This document shows positions 56,450-64,000 of a stretch of DNA of 64,000 nucleotides, in pieces (within the stretch, counting starts at the first letter, position 1; every line of letters begins with the position of its first letter). The DNA lies in assembly GCA_034520945.1 (NCBI GenBank), contig JAXHNB010000002.1, positions 320,001-384,000 of the forward strand, written 5' to 3'. The position numbers and the translations under genes are program-made. Origin of the DNA: Trueperaceae bacterium. Lineage in GTDB: Bacteria > Deinococcota > Deinococci > Deinococcales > Trueperaceae. The notes under the pieces were generated by a model. The model was not told the DNA's origin, did not search any database, and saw only the letters and a list, made by a program, of their open reading frames with translations.

Positions 56450-56488
56450 GAAACGTGCCGCCCGGACGCGAAGGCGCCGGGCGGCACG
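56450..56488 (-). terminator. pyr leader attenuator hairpin
   Basis: CGTGCCGCCCGG / CCGGGCGGCACG 12-bp stem followed by TTTC, between the PyrR site and pyrR. Confidence 0.7.
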
Positions 56489-56521
56489 GGACGGATCGCT
56501 CGGTGGGGTTCCACGTTCACT

Positions 56522-56552
56522 CCTTTCCGGTCTCACGGGACCGGATTAAAGG
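56522..56552 (-). promoter_or_regulatory. PyrR binding loop
   Basis: Minus strand CCTTTAATCCGGTCCCGTGAGACCGGAAAGG fits the PyrR-site consensus; TAGGCT -10 at 56561-56566. Confidence 0.88.
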
Positions 56553-56654
56553 CTGAGGGCAGCCTACCGCGCGGGACGCCCAACGGCAATGCGGGGTGCC
56601 CGTTTACGCCTCGTTAAGGCCGGTGCGGCACCATGGGGATCGAGGAGGTTCGAC

Positions 56655-57344
56655 ATGCAAACACAGAAAGCATCCCTGGCAACGAGGTTGACATCGGTGT
56701 TCGCGGCTTTGGTCGTGTCGGCGTGCGTGATGGGGGTCGCCTTGGCGCAGTCATCCCCGGGCGATCTGGTGAGCGTGCAGGTGCAGGACGACGATGGTCG
56801 CGTGATCGCGCGAGGGAGCGTGCACGACGGCCGTCTCGACGTCTCGGTCGCTCCGCGCCGCAGCGAGCTGGGCACGATCGAGGTCACGTTCACAAGCGGC
56901 GAGACCCGGTTGTACCAGACCGCGTTCACGTCGGACGGTGACATTTTGGTGTTCGGCAACGATTTCGACGACGACCTTGGGGCGTTCGCGGCCCGCTACG
57001 GCGTCGACAGCGTACGGATCGAGGTCGACGACGACTTCGACGAGGGCGACCCGAATGGGCGCGACCCGATCCGCGACGACGATGACGACGACATGGATGA
57101 CGACCGCGACGACGTCGACGATGATCGGGACGATCTCGACGACGATCGTGACGACATGGACGACGACCGGGACGACATGCGCGACGATATGGACGATGAT
57201 CGGGATGACCGGGACGATCTAGGCGACGATCGTGACGACATGGACGACGACCGGGACGATCGCGACGACGATGACGACGATGACGATGACGACGAAGATG
57301 ACGATGACGACGAAGATGACGACGACGATCGCGACGACGACTGA
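56655..57344 (+). CDS. Secreted protein with an Asp-rich repetitive C-terminal tail
   Basis: GAGGAGG RBS; signal peptide ...GVALAQ; beta-rich domain then about 89 residues that are mostly Asp. Confidence 0.85.
   Translation: MQTQKASLATRLTSVFAALVVSACVMGVALAQSSPGDLVSVQVQDDDGRVIARGSVHDGRLDVSVAPRRSELGTIEVTFTSGETRLYQTAFTSDGDILVFGNDFDDDLGAFAARYGVDSVRIEVDDDFDEGDPNGRDPIRDDDDDDMDDDRDDVDDDRDDLDDDRDDMDDDRDDMRDDMDDDRDDRDDLGDDRDDMDDDRDDRDDDDDDDDDDEDDDDDEDDDDDRDDD
57075..57341 (+). repeat. Coding tandem repeat: 21-nt DDDRDD(M/V/L) units flanked by poly-Asp
   Basis: GAC/GAT-dominated tract translating to MDDDRDDVDDDRDDLDDDRDDMDDDRDDM... Confidence 0.9.
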
Positions 57345-57435
57345 TCGAGACGTCACCTAGCCGGCGCGGCAGCGCCCAGAGGAGGGGAGGGGTGGATCGG
57401 CGTGTGCCGGTCCGCCTCCCTATACGATGAACGAG

Positions 57436-57620
57436 ATGCGTGCACGGCGTAGGGGATGTCGGCGCGACGTGCGCATGGATGGGGTCCGGAGCGGCCTTCG
57501 GACCATCGTGGCCGTGTGCGTTCTCGGCATCGGGTTCGGCGGAGGTGGGTGGGCGCAACGCGGCCCGGGGCCCGCCACCGTGCCCGAGGGGAGCGAAGTG
57601 ATCGTGACCGACGTTGTGGG
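57436..57620 (+). pseudogene. 5' fragment of a second secreted protein
   Basis: TACGAT 7 nt before ATG; signal-like TIVAVCVLGIGFGGGGWAQ then GSEVIVTDVVG; frame turns shadow-like after ~57620. Confidence 0.5.
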
Positions 57621-58217
57621 CGGGCGGCGAGGTGCGCATCCCGCCGACGGACGATGCGCCGCTGCCGTACCACGAGACGCCCACGCGCGTGCGGCACACG
57701 GACGGGGTGCCCTTCCTGGTGCTGGGTGGTCCATGGTGGCTGCCCAGCGGGCGTGAGGTGGGCACCGTTCGCCTGGGCGTGAACCTGTCGGGGGTCGCGG
57801 CAGCGAGGGCGACGTTGTGGCGCGTCCTGGTGGCCGTCGGGGCCGGCATCGCGTTGGTCGCGGGCGCCGTGACGTTGGGGTCGTTGCGGCGGGCGCTGGC
57901 GCCGCTGGAGCGATTGGTGCGCGAGGCCGAGGCGATCGATCCGGCGGACCCGCAGCGCATCGCCCTTCCAGGGGGCCGGACGCACGACGACGAGGTAGGC
58001 CGCCTGGCCCGCGTGCTGGACCGCGCCTTGGAAGGGATTCGGGCGCACCGGCGGCGCGAGCGTGACGCTTTGGCCGAGGTCGCCCACGAGCTGGCCGCGC
58101 CGTTGTCCGTGGTGGCCGCGCGGTTGGCGGCGCTCGAGGGCCGCGTGGACGATCCCGGCGTGCGCGCTGCGTATGCCGGGGCTGGCCAGCCGCTTCACGG
58201 CCGACCCGCATCCCTAG
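57620..58217 (+). pseudogene. Sensor histidine kinase remnant (TM2-HAMP-HisKA; N-terminus and HATPase missing)
   Basis: TM LWRVLVAVGAGIALVAGAV, HAMP ALAPLERL...DEVGRLARVL, H-box VAHELAAPL; no N/G boxes; probable tail LRMPGLASRFTADPHP* in another frame ending 58217. Confidence 0.7.
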
Positions 58218-58353
58218 CGCCGCGCGCGCCTCACTCGTCACGATGGGGCACGGCGGGCCGAAGCAAGGCGCGAAGCTGGGCCGGCTGGGGGCCTCGCGTG
58301 CTAGCCTGGGCGCCAACGAACCGGCAACCGGCGTCCAGGGCTTGGGAGGTACC

Positions 58354-58497
58354 ATGCGGCACACGTTGTCGGGGCATTCGGCCGGTCGCCACAGGGGCGG
58401 TCCTCGCGCCGATGCTCCCATTCGAACTTCGCGCTGGACGGTGGTCCGCATCGGTGCGGACGGCGGCTTCCGTGGCGGCGCCGCATGCGAAGGCTGA
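58354..58497 (+). CDS. Putative 47-aa small protein upstream of the kinase
   Basis: TGcTAGCCT -10 (58302-58307), GGGAGGT RBS, MRHTLSGH...WTVVRIGADGGFRGGAACEG. Confidence 0.4.
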   Translation: MRHTLSGHSAGRHRGGPRADAPIRTSRWTVVRIGADGGFRGGAACEG

Positions 58498-58510
58498 CGA
58501 CCCCCCGCCC

Positions 58511-59545
58511 GTGAGCGATCAGGACGCCCCCCGCCCCCCCGAGGGCTACGACGTGCTTCATCGGTTGGGCTCGGGCCAAACCTCGAACGTCTACCTCGCG
58601 CGGCACGCGCGCTTTGGTTCCGTGGCCCTCAAGCTGCCCCGGCCGGAGCTCGATCACCGCCCCGTGCTGCGTCGCATGTTCGAGAACGAGGTGATGATCA
58701 CCTTGCGGTTGCAGCATCCGCGGGTGGTGCAGGGGCTCGAGGGGCACCCGACCGGCGACGGGGCGTTCCTCGCCTTGGAGTTGTGCGCGGGAGGCACGTT
58801 GGACCAACTGTTGCTGGAGCGTGGGCGTCTGCCCGCCTCCCGGGCGATCGCCTTGGTGATCGACGTCGCGGAGGGGCTCGCCTACACCCACGGCCGCAAG
58901 GTGCTGCACCGGGACGTGAAGCCCGCCAACGTGTTCCTGAGCGAGGAGGGGCGCGCCAAGCTGGGCGACTTCGGGACCGGCGTGTTCACGGCCGAGAACG
59001 GGACCGATCGTGTGGGCACGGCGTTCTACATGGCGCCGGAGATCTTCGAGGGCGCGGCGTCGTCGGTTCGAAGCGATGTGTACGGCCTGGGCGTACTGGC
59101 GTACGAGGTGGCGGTGGGGCAGCGCCCGTTCATGGGGGACAGCTACGACGCGTTGATGCACCAGCATCTCGGAGGGCTCCTGCGCGACCCCGCCAGCGTT
59201 CGGACCGATCTGGACGCGGGCGTGTCGCGGGTGATTCGAAAGGCCCTGGCGCGCCTGCCCGAGCGGCGTTACCCGGACGTCGACGCGTTCCTGGCCGACC
59301 TTCGCGCGGCCGTCGGGGTGCCCCCCGAGGACGCGACGGTTCAGGCGAGCCCGGCCGCCTCGGCGCCGATCGGGCGACGCGGCCGGGTGAGCACGCTTCC
59401 GTCCGCCTCCCAGGCGCCGGGCGCGGGCGGCGACGCCGAGGCGGAGGACGCCTCCGTCGACGCGGGCCCGTCGGATCGCGACGACGAAGAGCGGAGGGGC
59501 CGCGGGCTGTGGCACTGGCTCAAGGGGGGCGGCCGCAAGTCGTGA
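58511..59545 (+). CDS. Hanks-type Ser/Thr protein kinase (cytoplasmic)
   Basis: LGSGQTSNV, VALK, HRDVKPAN, DFG, GTAFYMAPE, SDVYGLG; low-complexity tail with no TM or PASTA; start uncertain. Confidence 0.92.
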   Translation: MSDQDAPRPPEGYDVLHRLGSGQTSNVYLARHARFGSVALKLPRPELDHRPVLRRMFENEVMITLRLQHPRVVQGLEGHPTGDGAFLALELCAGGTLDQLLLERGRLPASRAIALVIDVAEGLAYTHGRKVLHRDVKPANVFLSEEGRAKLGDFGTGVFTAENGTDRVGTAFYMAPEIFEGAASSVRSDVYGLGVLAYEVAVGQRPFMGDSYDALMHQHLGGLLRDPASVRTDLDAGVSRVIRKALARLPERRYPDVDAFLADLRAAVGVPPEDATVQASPAASAPIGRRGRVSTLPSASQAPGAGGDAEAEDASVDAGPSDRDDEERRGRGLWHWLKGGGRKS

Positions 59546-59725
59546 GGCCGTGATGGACGCGGCTCCACGTCGGTCGGTCGCGTGGATCCCGACCTCCGCA
59601 CTACACATTTCCGCGGCCGGCCTGGTATCCTGTTTCTCGGAACGAATCCGAAGAACGACGGGGCGTCGTTGCTTCGGACCCGAACGACTTCCGAACCTTC
59701 GAATTCACGCGAACGAGGTGCTGTG

Positions 59726-60493
59726 ATGAGCGACAACCGGCTCGAGATTCGTGACCTGCACGCCCGCGTCGCCGGCGGCGAGGACATCCTGAACGGCGTC
59801 GACCTGATCGTGCCCCGCGGCGAGGTGCACGCCCTGATGGGCCAGAACGGCTCGGGCAAGTCGACCCTCGCCAAGGTGATCGCCGGCGATCCCGCCTACG
59901 AGGTCACCGCGGGCGACATTTTCGTGGACGGGCAGAGCGTGCTGGAGATGGAGCCGGACGAACGTGCGCGTGCGGGCCTGTACCTGGCGTTCCAGTACCC
60001 GGTCGAGGTGCCCGGCGTGTCGATCGCGAACTTCCTGCGCCTGGCGCTGAACGCCCGCCGCGAGGGGGAGGAAGAGATCGGCGTGATGGAGTTCTACGAG
60101 AAGCTGCAGCGCGCCGTGAAGGCGCTCGACTGGGACGAGTCGATCATCGAACGCAACCTCCACGAAGGGTTCTCGGGCGGCGAGAAGAAGCGCAGCGAGA
60201 TCCTGCAGCTGCTGGTGCTGGAGCCGCACTACGCGATCCTCGACGAGACCGACTCCGGTCTGGACGTCGACGCGCTCAAGACGGTGTCGAAGGGCGTCAA
60301 CGCGGCGCGCACGCCGGAGTTCGGCGCGCTCGTCATCACCCACTACCAGCGGTTGCTGAACTTCATCGTTCCCGACCGGGTGCACGTGATGGCCAACGGT
60401 CGCGTGATCACCAGCGGCGAGAAGGAGCTGGCCATGGATCTCGACACCAAGGGCTACGACTGGATCAAGGAACAGGTCGCCGCGACCGCCTGA
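59726..60493 (+). CDS. sufC: Fe-S assembly ATPase SufC
   Basis: MGQNGSGKSTL, LAFQYPVEVPGV, GFSGGEKKR, LDETDSGLDVDAL, ITHYQRLL. Confidence 0.97.
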   Translation: MSDNRLEIRDLHARVAGGEDILNGVDLIVPRGEVHALMGQNGSGKSTLAKVIAGDPAYEVTAGDIFVDGQSVLEMEPDERARAGLYLAFQYPVEVPGVSIANFLRLALNARREGEEEIGVMEFYEKLQRAVKALDWDESIIERNLHEGFSGGEKKRSEILQLLVLEPHYAILDETDSGLDVDALKTVSKGVNAARTPEFGALVITHYQRLLNFIVPDRVHVMANGRVITSGEKELAMDLDTKGYDWIKEQVAATA

Positions 60494-60596
60494 GCCGCGC
60501 GGACGGCCACGCGGCCTGGCCGCGTGCGCCGCGCGTCCGCGCATCAGGCCCGGCGGGCGCGCCCCGCCCACGCTTCGCGCCCCGAGGAGGGACGAC

Positions 60597-62030
60597 ATGG
60601 CAGACGCACCGATGCAGCACCCGGATGCCGACAAGCTGACCGGGATGCAGCACGAGAAGCAGTACGACTTTCAGATCCCCGAGAACTACTTCTACAAGAG
60701 CGAGAAGGGGCTGAACAAGCGCAGCATCGAGAAGATCAGCTACTTCAAGGGCGAGCCGCAGTGGATGCTGGACTTTCGCCTGCGCGCGCTCGAGATCGCC
60801 CACAAGAAGGGCCGCCCCAAGTGGGGTCCGGACCTCTCCGAGCTGGACTTCGACGAGATCTTCTTCTACATCCGTCCCAACGAGCAGCAGGGCACCACCA
60901 AGGATTGGGACGAGATCCCCGAGGAGGTGCGCGAGACCTACCGCCGGCTGGGGATCCCCGAGGCGGAGCAGAAGGTGCTGGCCGGCGTCGGCGCGCAGTA
61001 CGAGTCCGAGATGGTCTACCACAACCTCAAGGAGGAGTGGGAGAAGAAGGGCGTCGTCTTCCTGGACACCGACACCGGCATGAAGGAGTACCCGGAGATC
61101 TTCCGGGAGCACTTCTCGACGGTGATCCCGCCCGAAGACAACTACTTTGCGGCGGTGAACAGCGCCGTGTGGTCGGGCGGTTCCTTCGTGTACGTCCCCG
61201 CGGGGGTCGAAATCGATGTTCCGCTGCAGGCGTACTTCTTGCTCAACGCCGAGAACATCGGCCAGTTCGAACGGACGTTGATCATCGCCGAGCCCGGCGC
61301 CAAGCTGCACTACATCGAGGGGTGCACCGCGCCGAGCTACAAGACCAGCAGCTTCCACTCCGGCGTGATCGAGATCATCGCCAAGGAGCGCAGCAACGTT
61401 CGCTACTCCACCATCCAGAACTGGTCGCACAACGTGTTCAACCTGGTGACGCAGCGCGCCATGGTGCACGAAGGCGCCAGCATGGGGTGGCTGGACGGCA
61501 ACCTCGGCTCGAAGACCACCATGAAGTACCCCAGCTGCTACCTGCTGGGCGAGGGCGCGCACGGCGAGGTGCTCTCGATCGCCTTCGCCGGGAACGGCCA
61601 GCACCAGGACGCCGGCGCCAAGATGATTCACGCCGCGCCGCGCACCAGCAGCTCGATCGTGTCCAAGTCGATCTCGAAGGGGACGGGCCGCAGCAGCTAC
61701 CGCGGGCTGGTGCAGATTCACGAGGGCGCCACGCACGCCAAGTCCAACGTCGAGTGCGACGCGCTGCTGTTGGACGACACCGCCAGGACCGACACCTGGC
61801 CCTACATCGAGATCGGCGAGAAGACCGCGCACATCGGCCACGAAGCAACGGTGTCGAAGCTGAACGACGAGCAGATCTTCTACCTGCAGTCGCGCGGCCT
61901 GTCGGCAGAGGAGGCGATGGCGCTCATCGTCCGCGGCTTCCTGGAGCCGGTCGCGAAGGAGCTCCCCCTCGAGTACGCCGTCGAGCTGAACCGCCTGATC
62001 GAGCTGGAGATGGAAGGGAGCGTGGGCTGA
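60597..62030 (+). CDS. sufB: Fe-S assembly protein SufB
   Basis: AGVGAQYESE, NSAVWSGGSFVYVP, GQFERTLII, YIEGCTAP, TMKYPS, HEATVSK, ELPLEYAVELNRL...EGSVG. Confidence 0.97.
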   Translation: MADAPMQHPDADKLTGMQHEKQYDFQIPENYFYKSEKGLNKRSIEKISYFKGEPQWMLDFRLRALEIAHKKGRPKWGPDLSELDFDEIFFYIRPNEQQGTTKDWDEIPEEVRETYRRLGIPEAEQKVLAGVGAQYESEMVYHNLKEEWEKKGVVFLDTDTGMKEYPEIFREHFSTVIPPEDNYFAAVNSAVWSGGSFVYVPAGVEIDVPLQAYFLLNAENIGQFERTLIIAEPGAKLHYIEGCTAPSYKTSSFHSGVIEIIAKERSNVRYSTIQNWSHNVFNLVTQRAMVHEGASMGWLDGNLGSKTTMKYPSCYLLGEGAHGEVLSIAFAGNGQHQDAGAKMIHAAPRTSSSIVSKSISKGTGRSSYRGLVQIHEGATHAKSNVECDALLLDDTARTDTWPYIEIGEKTAHIGHEATVSKLNDEQIFYLQSRGLSAEEAMALIVRGFLEPVAKELPLEYAVELNRLIELEMEGSVG

Positions 62031-63353
62031 GTGTCGACGCTGGTCGACAATCCCGCGCTCGACGCGGACGCGCTCGAGGCGCTGATCGCGCGCCACGACG
62101 AACCGGACTGGCTGGCCGAAGAGCGTAGGGCGGCGTTCCGCACCTTCGAGAAGACGCCGTGGCCCACGTCGCGTGACGAGAACTGGCGCTTCACCGACCT
62201 GCCGCGCTTCGCGGTCGACGGCCTGACGTTCGGCGAGGGACCGCGCGACGCGGCGGTGTCCGACCGCATCCACATGCGCATGACCGACTCCGACGCCGAG
62301 GGCATCCTGGTGCACAAGAACGGCGAGGTGGTCGAGCGGCGCAGTGAGCTGCGCGAGCACGGCGTGATCTTCACCGACCTGCGCACCGCCGTGCGCGAGC
62401 ACGAGGAGCTCGTGCGCGAACACCTCTACACCGTGGTGGACGCCAAGGCCGGCAAGTACCACGCCCTGAACGCCGCGTTCTGGCAGAACGGCACCTTCGT
62501 GTACGTGCCGCGCGGCGTCGAGGTCGAACTGCCGCTCGGCGCGTTCGTCACCGCGGACCGCGGCGGCCTCTCAGCCGGGCGTACGCTGGTGGTGGTCGAG
62601 GACAACGCCAAACTCACCTACCTCGACGAGTACACCAGCGACCCGTTCGACGAGCGGCTGTTCCACTCTGCGGCCAGCGAGCTGGTGCTGGGGCCCGGCG
62701 CCAAGGTGCGCCACCTCAGCCTGCAGAACTGGGGCCGCAACGTCGCGCACATGAACAAGCAGCGCGCCCACCTGGCGCGCGACGCGCGCCTGGAGTCGCT
62801 CAGCGTCAGCCTGGGCGCCGACGCGGCCCGCGCCGAGGTCGAGTCGAAGCTGGAAGGCCCCGGCGGCGAGAGCGAGATGCTGGGCCTCTACTTCGGCGAC
62901 AAGGGCCAGCACTACAACCAGTACACGATTCAGCACCACGCCGCCGATCACGCCTTCAGCGACCTGCTGTTCAAGGGCGCGCTGCGCGACGGCAGCACCG
63001 CCGCCTACTCGGGCGTGATCATCGTGGACGAGGGCGCGCAGAAGACCGACGCCTACCAGACGAACCGGAACCTGCTGCTGGACTCCGACAGCGAGGCGGT
63101 CAGCATCCCGCAGCTCGAGATCGGCGCCAACGACGTCAAGTGCTCGCACGGCTCCACCACCGGCCCCGTTCCGGAGGACCAGCGCTTCTACCTGATGAGT
63201 CGCGGCATGCCGCCCGAGGTGGCCGAGCACCTGCTGGTGACCGGCTTTTTGTACGAGGTGATGAGTCGCGTCACCCTGCCCAAGGTCGCCGCGTACGTCG
63301 AGCGGGTGGTGCAGGCCAAGTTGGGCGTGCCCGGCGTGAAGGAGAAGTTGTGA
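62031..63353 (+). CDS. sufD: Fe-S assembly protein SufD
   Basis: DENWRFT, GAQKTDAYQTNRNLLL, PQLEIGANDVKCSHG, FYLMSRG. Confidence 0.95.
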   Translation: MSTLVDNPALDADALEALIARHDEPDWLAEERRAAFRTFEKTPWPTSRDENWRFTDLPRFAVDGLTFGEGPRDAAVSDRIHMRMTDSDAEGILVHKNGEVVERRSELREHGVIFTDLRTAVREHEELVREHLYTVVDAKAGKYHALNAAFWQNGTFVYVPRGVEVELPLGAFVTADRGGLSAGRTLVVVEDNAKLTYLDEYTSDPFDERLFHSAASELVLGPGAKVRHLSLQNWGRNVAHMNKQRAHLARDARLESLSVSLGADAARAEVESKLEGPGGESEMLGLYFGDKGQHYNQYTIQHHAADHAFSDLLFKGALRDGSTAAYSGVIIVDEGAQKTDAYQTNRNLLLDSDSEAVSIPQLEIGANDVKCSHGSTTGPVPEDQRFYLMSRGMPPEVAEHLLVTGFLYEVMSRVTLPKVAAYVERVVQAKLGVPGVKEKL

Positions 63354-63679
63354 GCCCAGCCACGCCCGAGACGCGGCACGCCGTCGGCTCGGTCGACGAC
63401 TTCCCCGAGGAGGGCATCACCCCGGTCACGGTCGAGGGACGCGAGGTGGTGGTGGTGCGGCACGAGGGTCGCTTCTACGCCCTGCCGGACCGCTGCACGC
63501 ACCAGAAGTACCCGCTGCACGACGGCGAGGTGCTGCCGGGCAAGATCAAGTGCATCCACCACGGCGCCACCTTCGACCTGAACACCGGCAAGCCCACCAT
63601 GCCGGCCGTCAAGAAGATCGAGCTGTTCGACGCCGAGGTCGAGGACGGCACCGTCTACGTGCGGGTGCAGAGCCGCTGA
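63350..63679 (+). CDS. Rieske-type [2Fe-2S] ferredoxin
   Basis: CTH and CIHH ligand boxes; GTGA overlap with sufD. Confidence 0.92.
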   Translation: MSPATPETRHAVGSVDDFPEEGITPVTVEGREVVVVRHEGRFYALPDRCTHQKYPLHDGEVLPGKIKCIHHGATFDLNTGKPTMPAVKKIELFDAEVEDGTVYVRVQSR

Positions 63680-63703
63680 GCGCAGGCGCGACGACGTGAT
63701 GCG

Positions 63704-63731
63704 AGGGCCCGCCGTCAGGCGGGCCCTTCTT
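63704..63731 (+). terminator. suf operon terminator
   Basis: AGGGCCCGCC-GTCA-GGCGGGCCCT followed by TCTT. Confidence 0.7.
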
Positions 63732-63738
63732 CGGTTCG

Positions 63739-64000
63739 TCAGGGCGGGGTTCCCACGTCGGCATCTTCCGCTGGGCCGACCCGCACCAGCACGCTCACGC
63801 GCGCCTGCACGTGGTCGGGCGCCAGCCCCTCGCTGGTCTTGAACGCCACGTTCACCTCGGCCGGGGCGAGGTCCAGGCACGCCGCGACGCTGTCACGAAG
63901 CGCGTCACGGTAGGGCGCCAGCGCGGGCCGGTCCAGGGTGATCACGGCGGCGACGTTCACGACCCGCAGCGGCCCGCAGGTGTCGCGCAGATGGGCGCGC
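63739..64000 (-). CDS. ispF: 2-C-methyl-D-erythritol 2,4-cyclodiphosphate synthase (3' part; starts beyond the window)
   Basis: [17 protein letters not shown] and [11 protein letters not shown] match the IspF C-terminal half. Confidence 0.85.
   Translation of the reverse strand, partial: RAHLRDTCGPLRVVNVAAVITLDRPALAPYRDALRDSVAACLDLAPAEVNVAFKTSEGLAPDHVQARVSVLVRVGPAEDADVGTPP

Noticed and set aside
57075..57341. Non-coding satellite, or the Ser/Arg-rich antisense ORF 56996-57241
   Set aside because: Fully explained as the in-frame Asp-rich tail; the antisense ORF is its shadow.
57614..59545. 643-aa ORF appearing as a HAMP-HisKA / Ser-Thr kinase fusion
   Set aside because: The TTG start has no RBS, the linker reads like non-coding sequence and contains its own promoter, RBS and small ORF, and the HK tail lies in another frame. 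Most likely fortuitous read-through after a deletion.
59640..59720. LexA/SOS boxes suggested by CGAAC motifs
   Set aside because: No CGAAC-N4-GTTCG palindrome is present.

Overview
Very GC-rich bacterial chromosomal segment (estimated by eye at roughly 70% or more, not computed) made mostly of housekeeping genes. These include caa3-type cytochrome c oxidase (coxB/coxA, partial), comM, asd, proB, hisZ/hisG, an FMN-riboswitch-controlled ribD-ribE-ribBA operon with a detached ribH, recQ, a HAAT-family ABC importer, metG, archaeal/eukaryote-type proS, ilvE, galE, a probable CC-adding tRNA nucleotidyltransferase, coaE, tkt (+1 frameshift), bioY, pyrR-pyrB-pyrC with a PyrR attenuator, a Ser/Thr kinase, sufCBD-Rieske and ispF (partial). 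Gene content and many TANNNT -10 boxes 5-7 nt before start codons (leaderless genes) suggest Deinococcota, possibly Trueperaceae-like (inference). I see no CRISPR array, tRNA, rRNA, IS or prophage. The most unusual elements: (1) a candidate ~165-nt minus-strand sRNA at ~50103-50270 with its own promoter and terminator, a 16-nt stretch complementary to the 16S rRNA 3' end, no canonical start codon after it, and an internal anti-SD able to switch between two SD sites; (2) a microprotein cluster at 34.2-35.4 kb with consensus promoters, including a tandem pair of paralogous His-rich peptides; (3) a secreted protein with an Asp-rich heptad-repeat tail beside a doubly deleted two-component locus; (4) short upstream ORFs coupled to several genes, and a 16-17-nt periodic repeat in the bioY leader. 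Many start codons were reassigned by eye relative to the ORF track.
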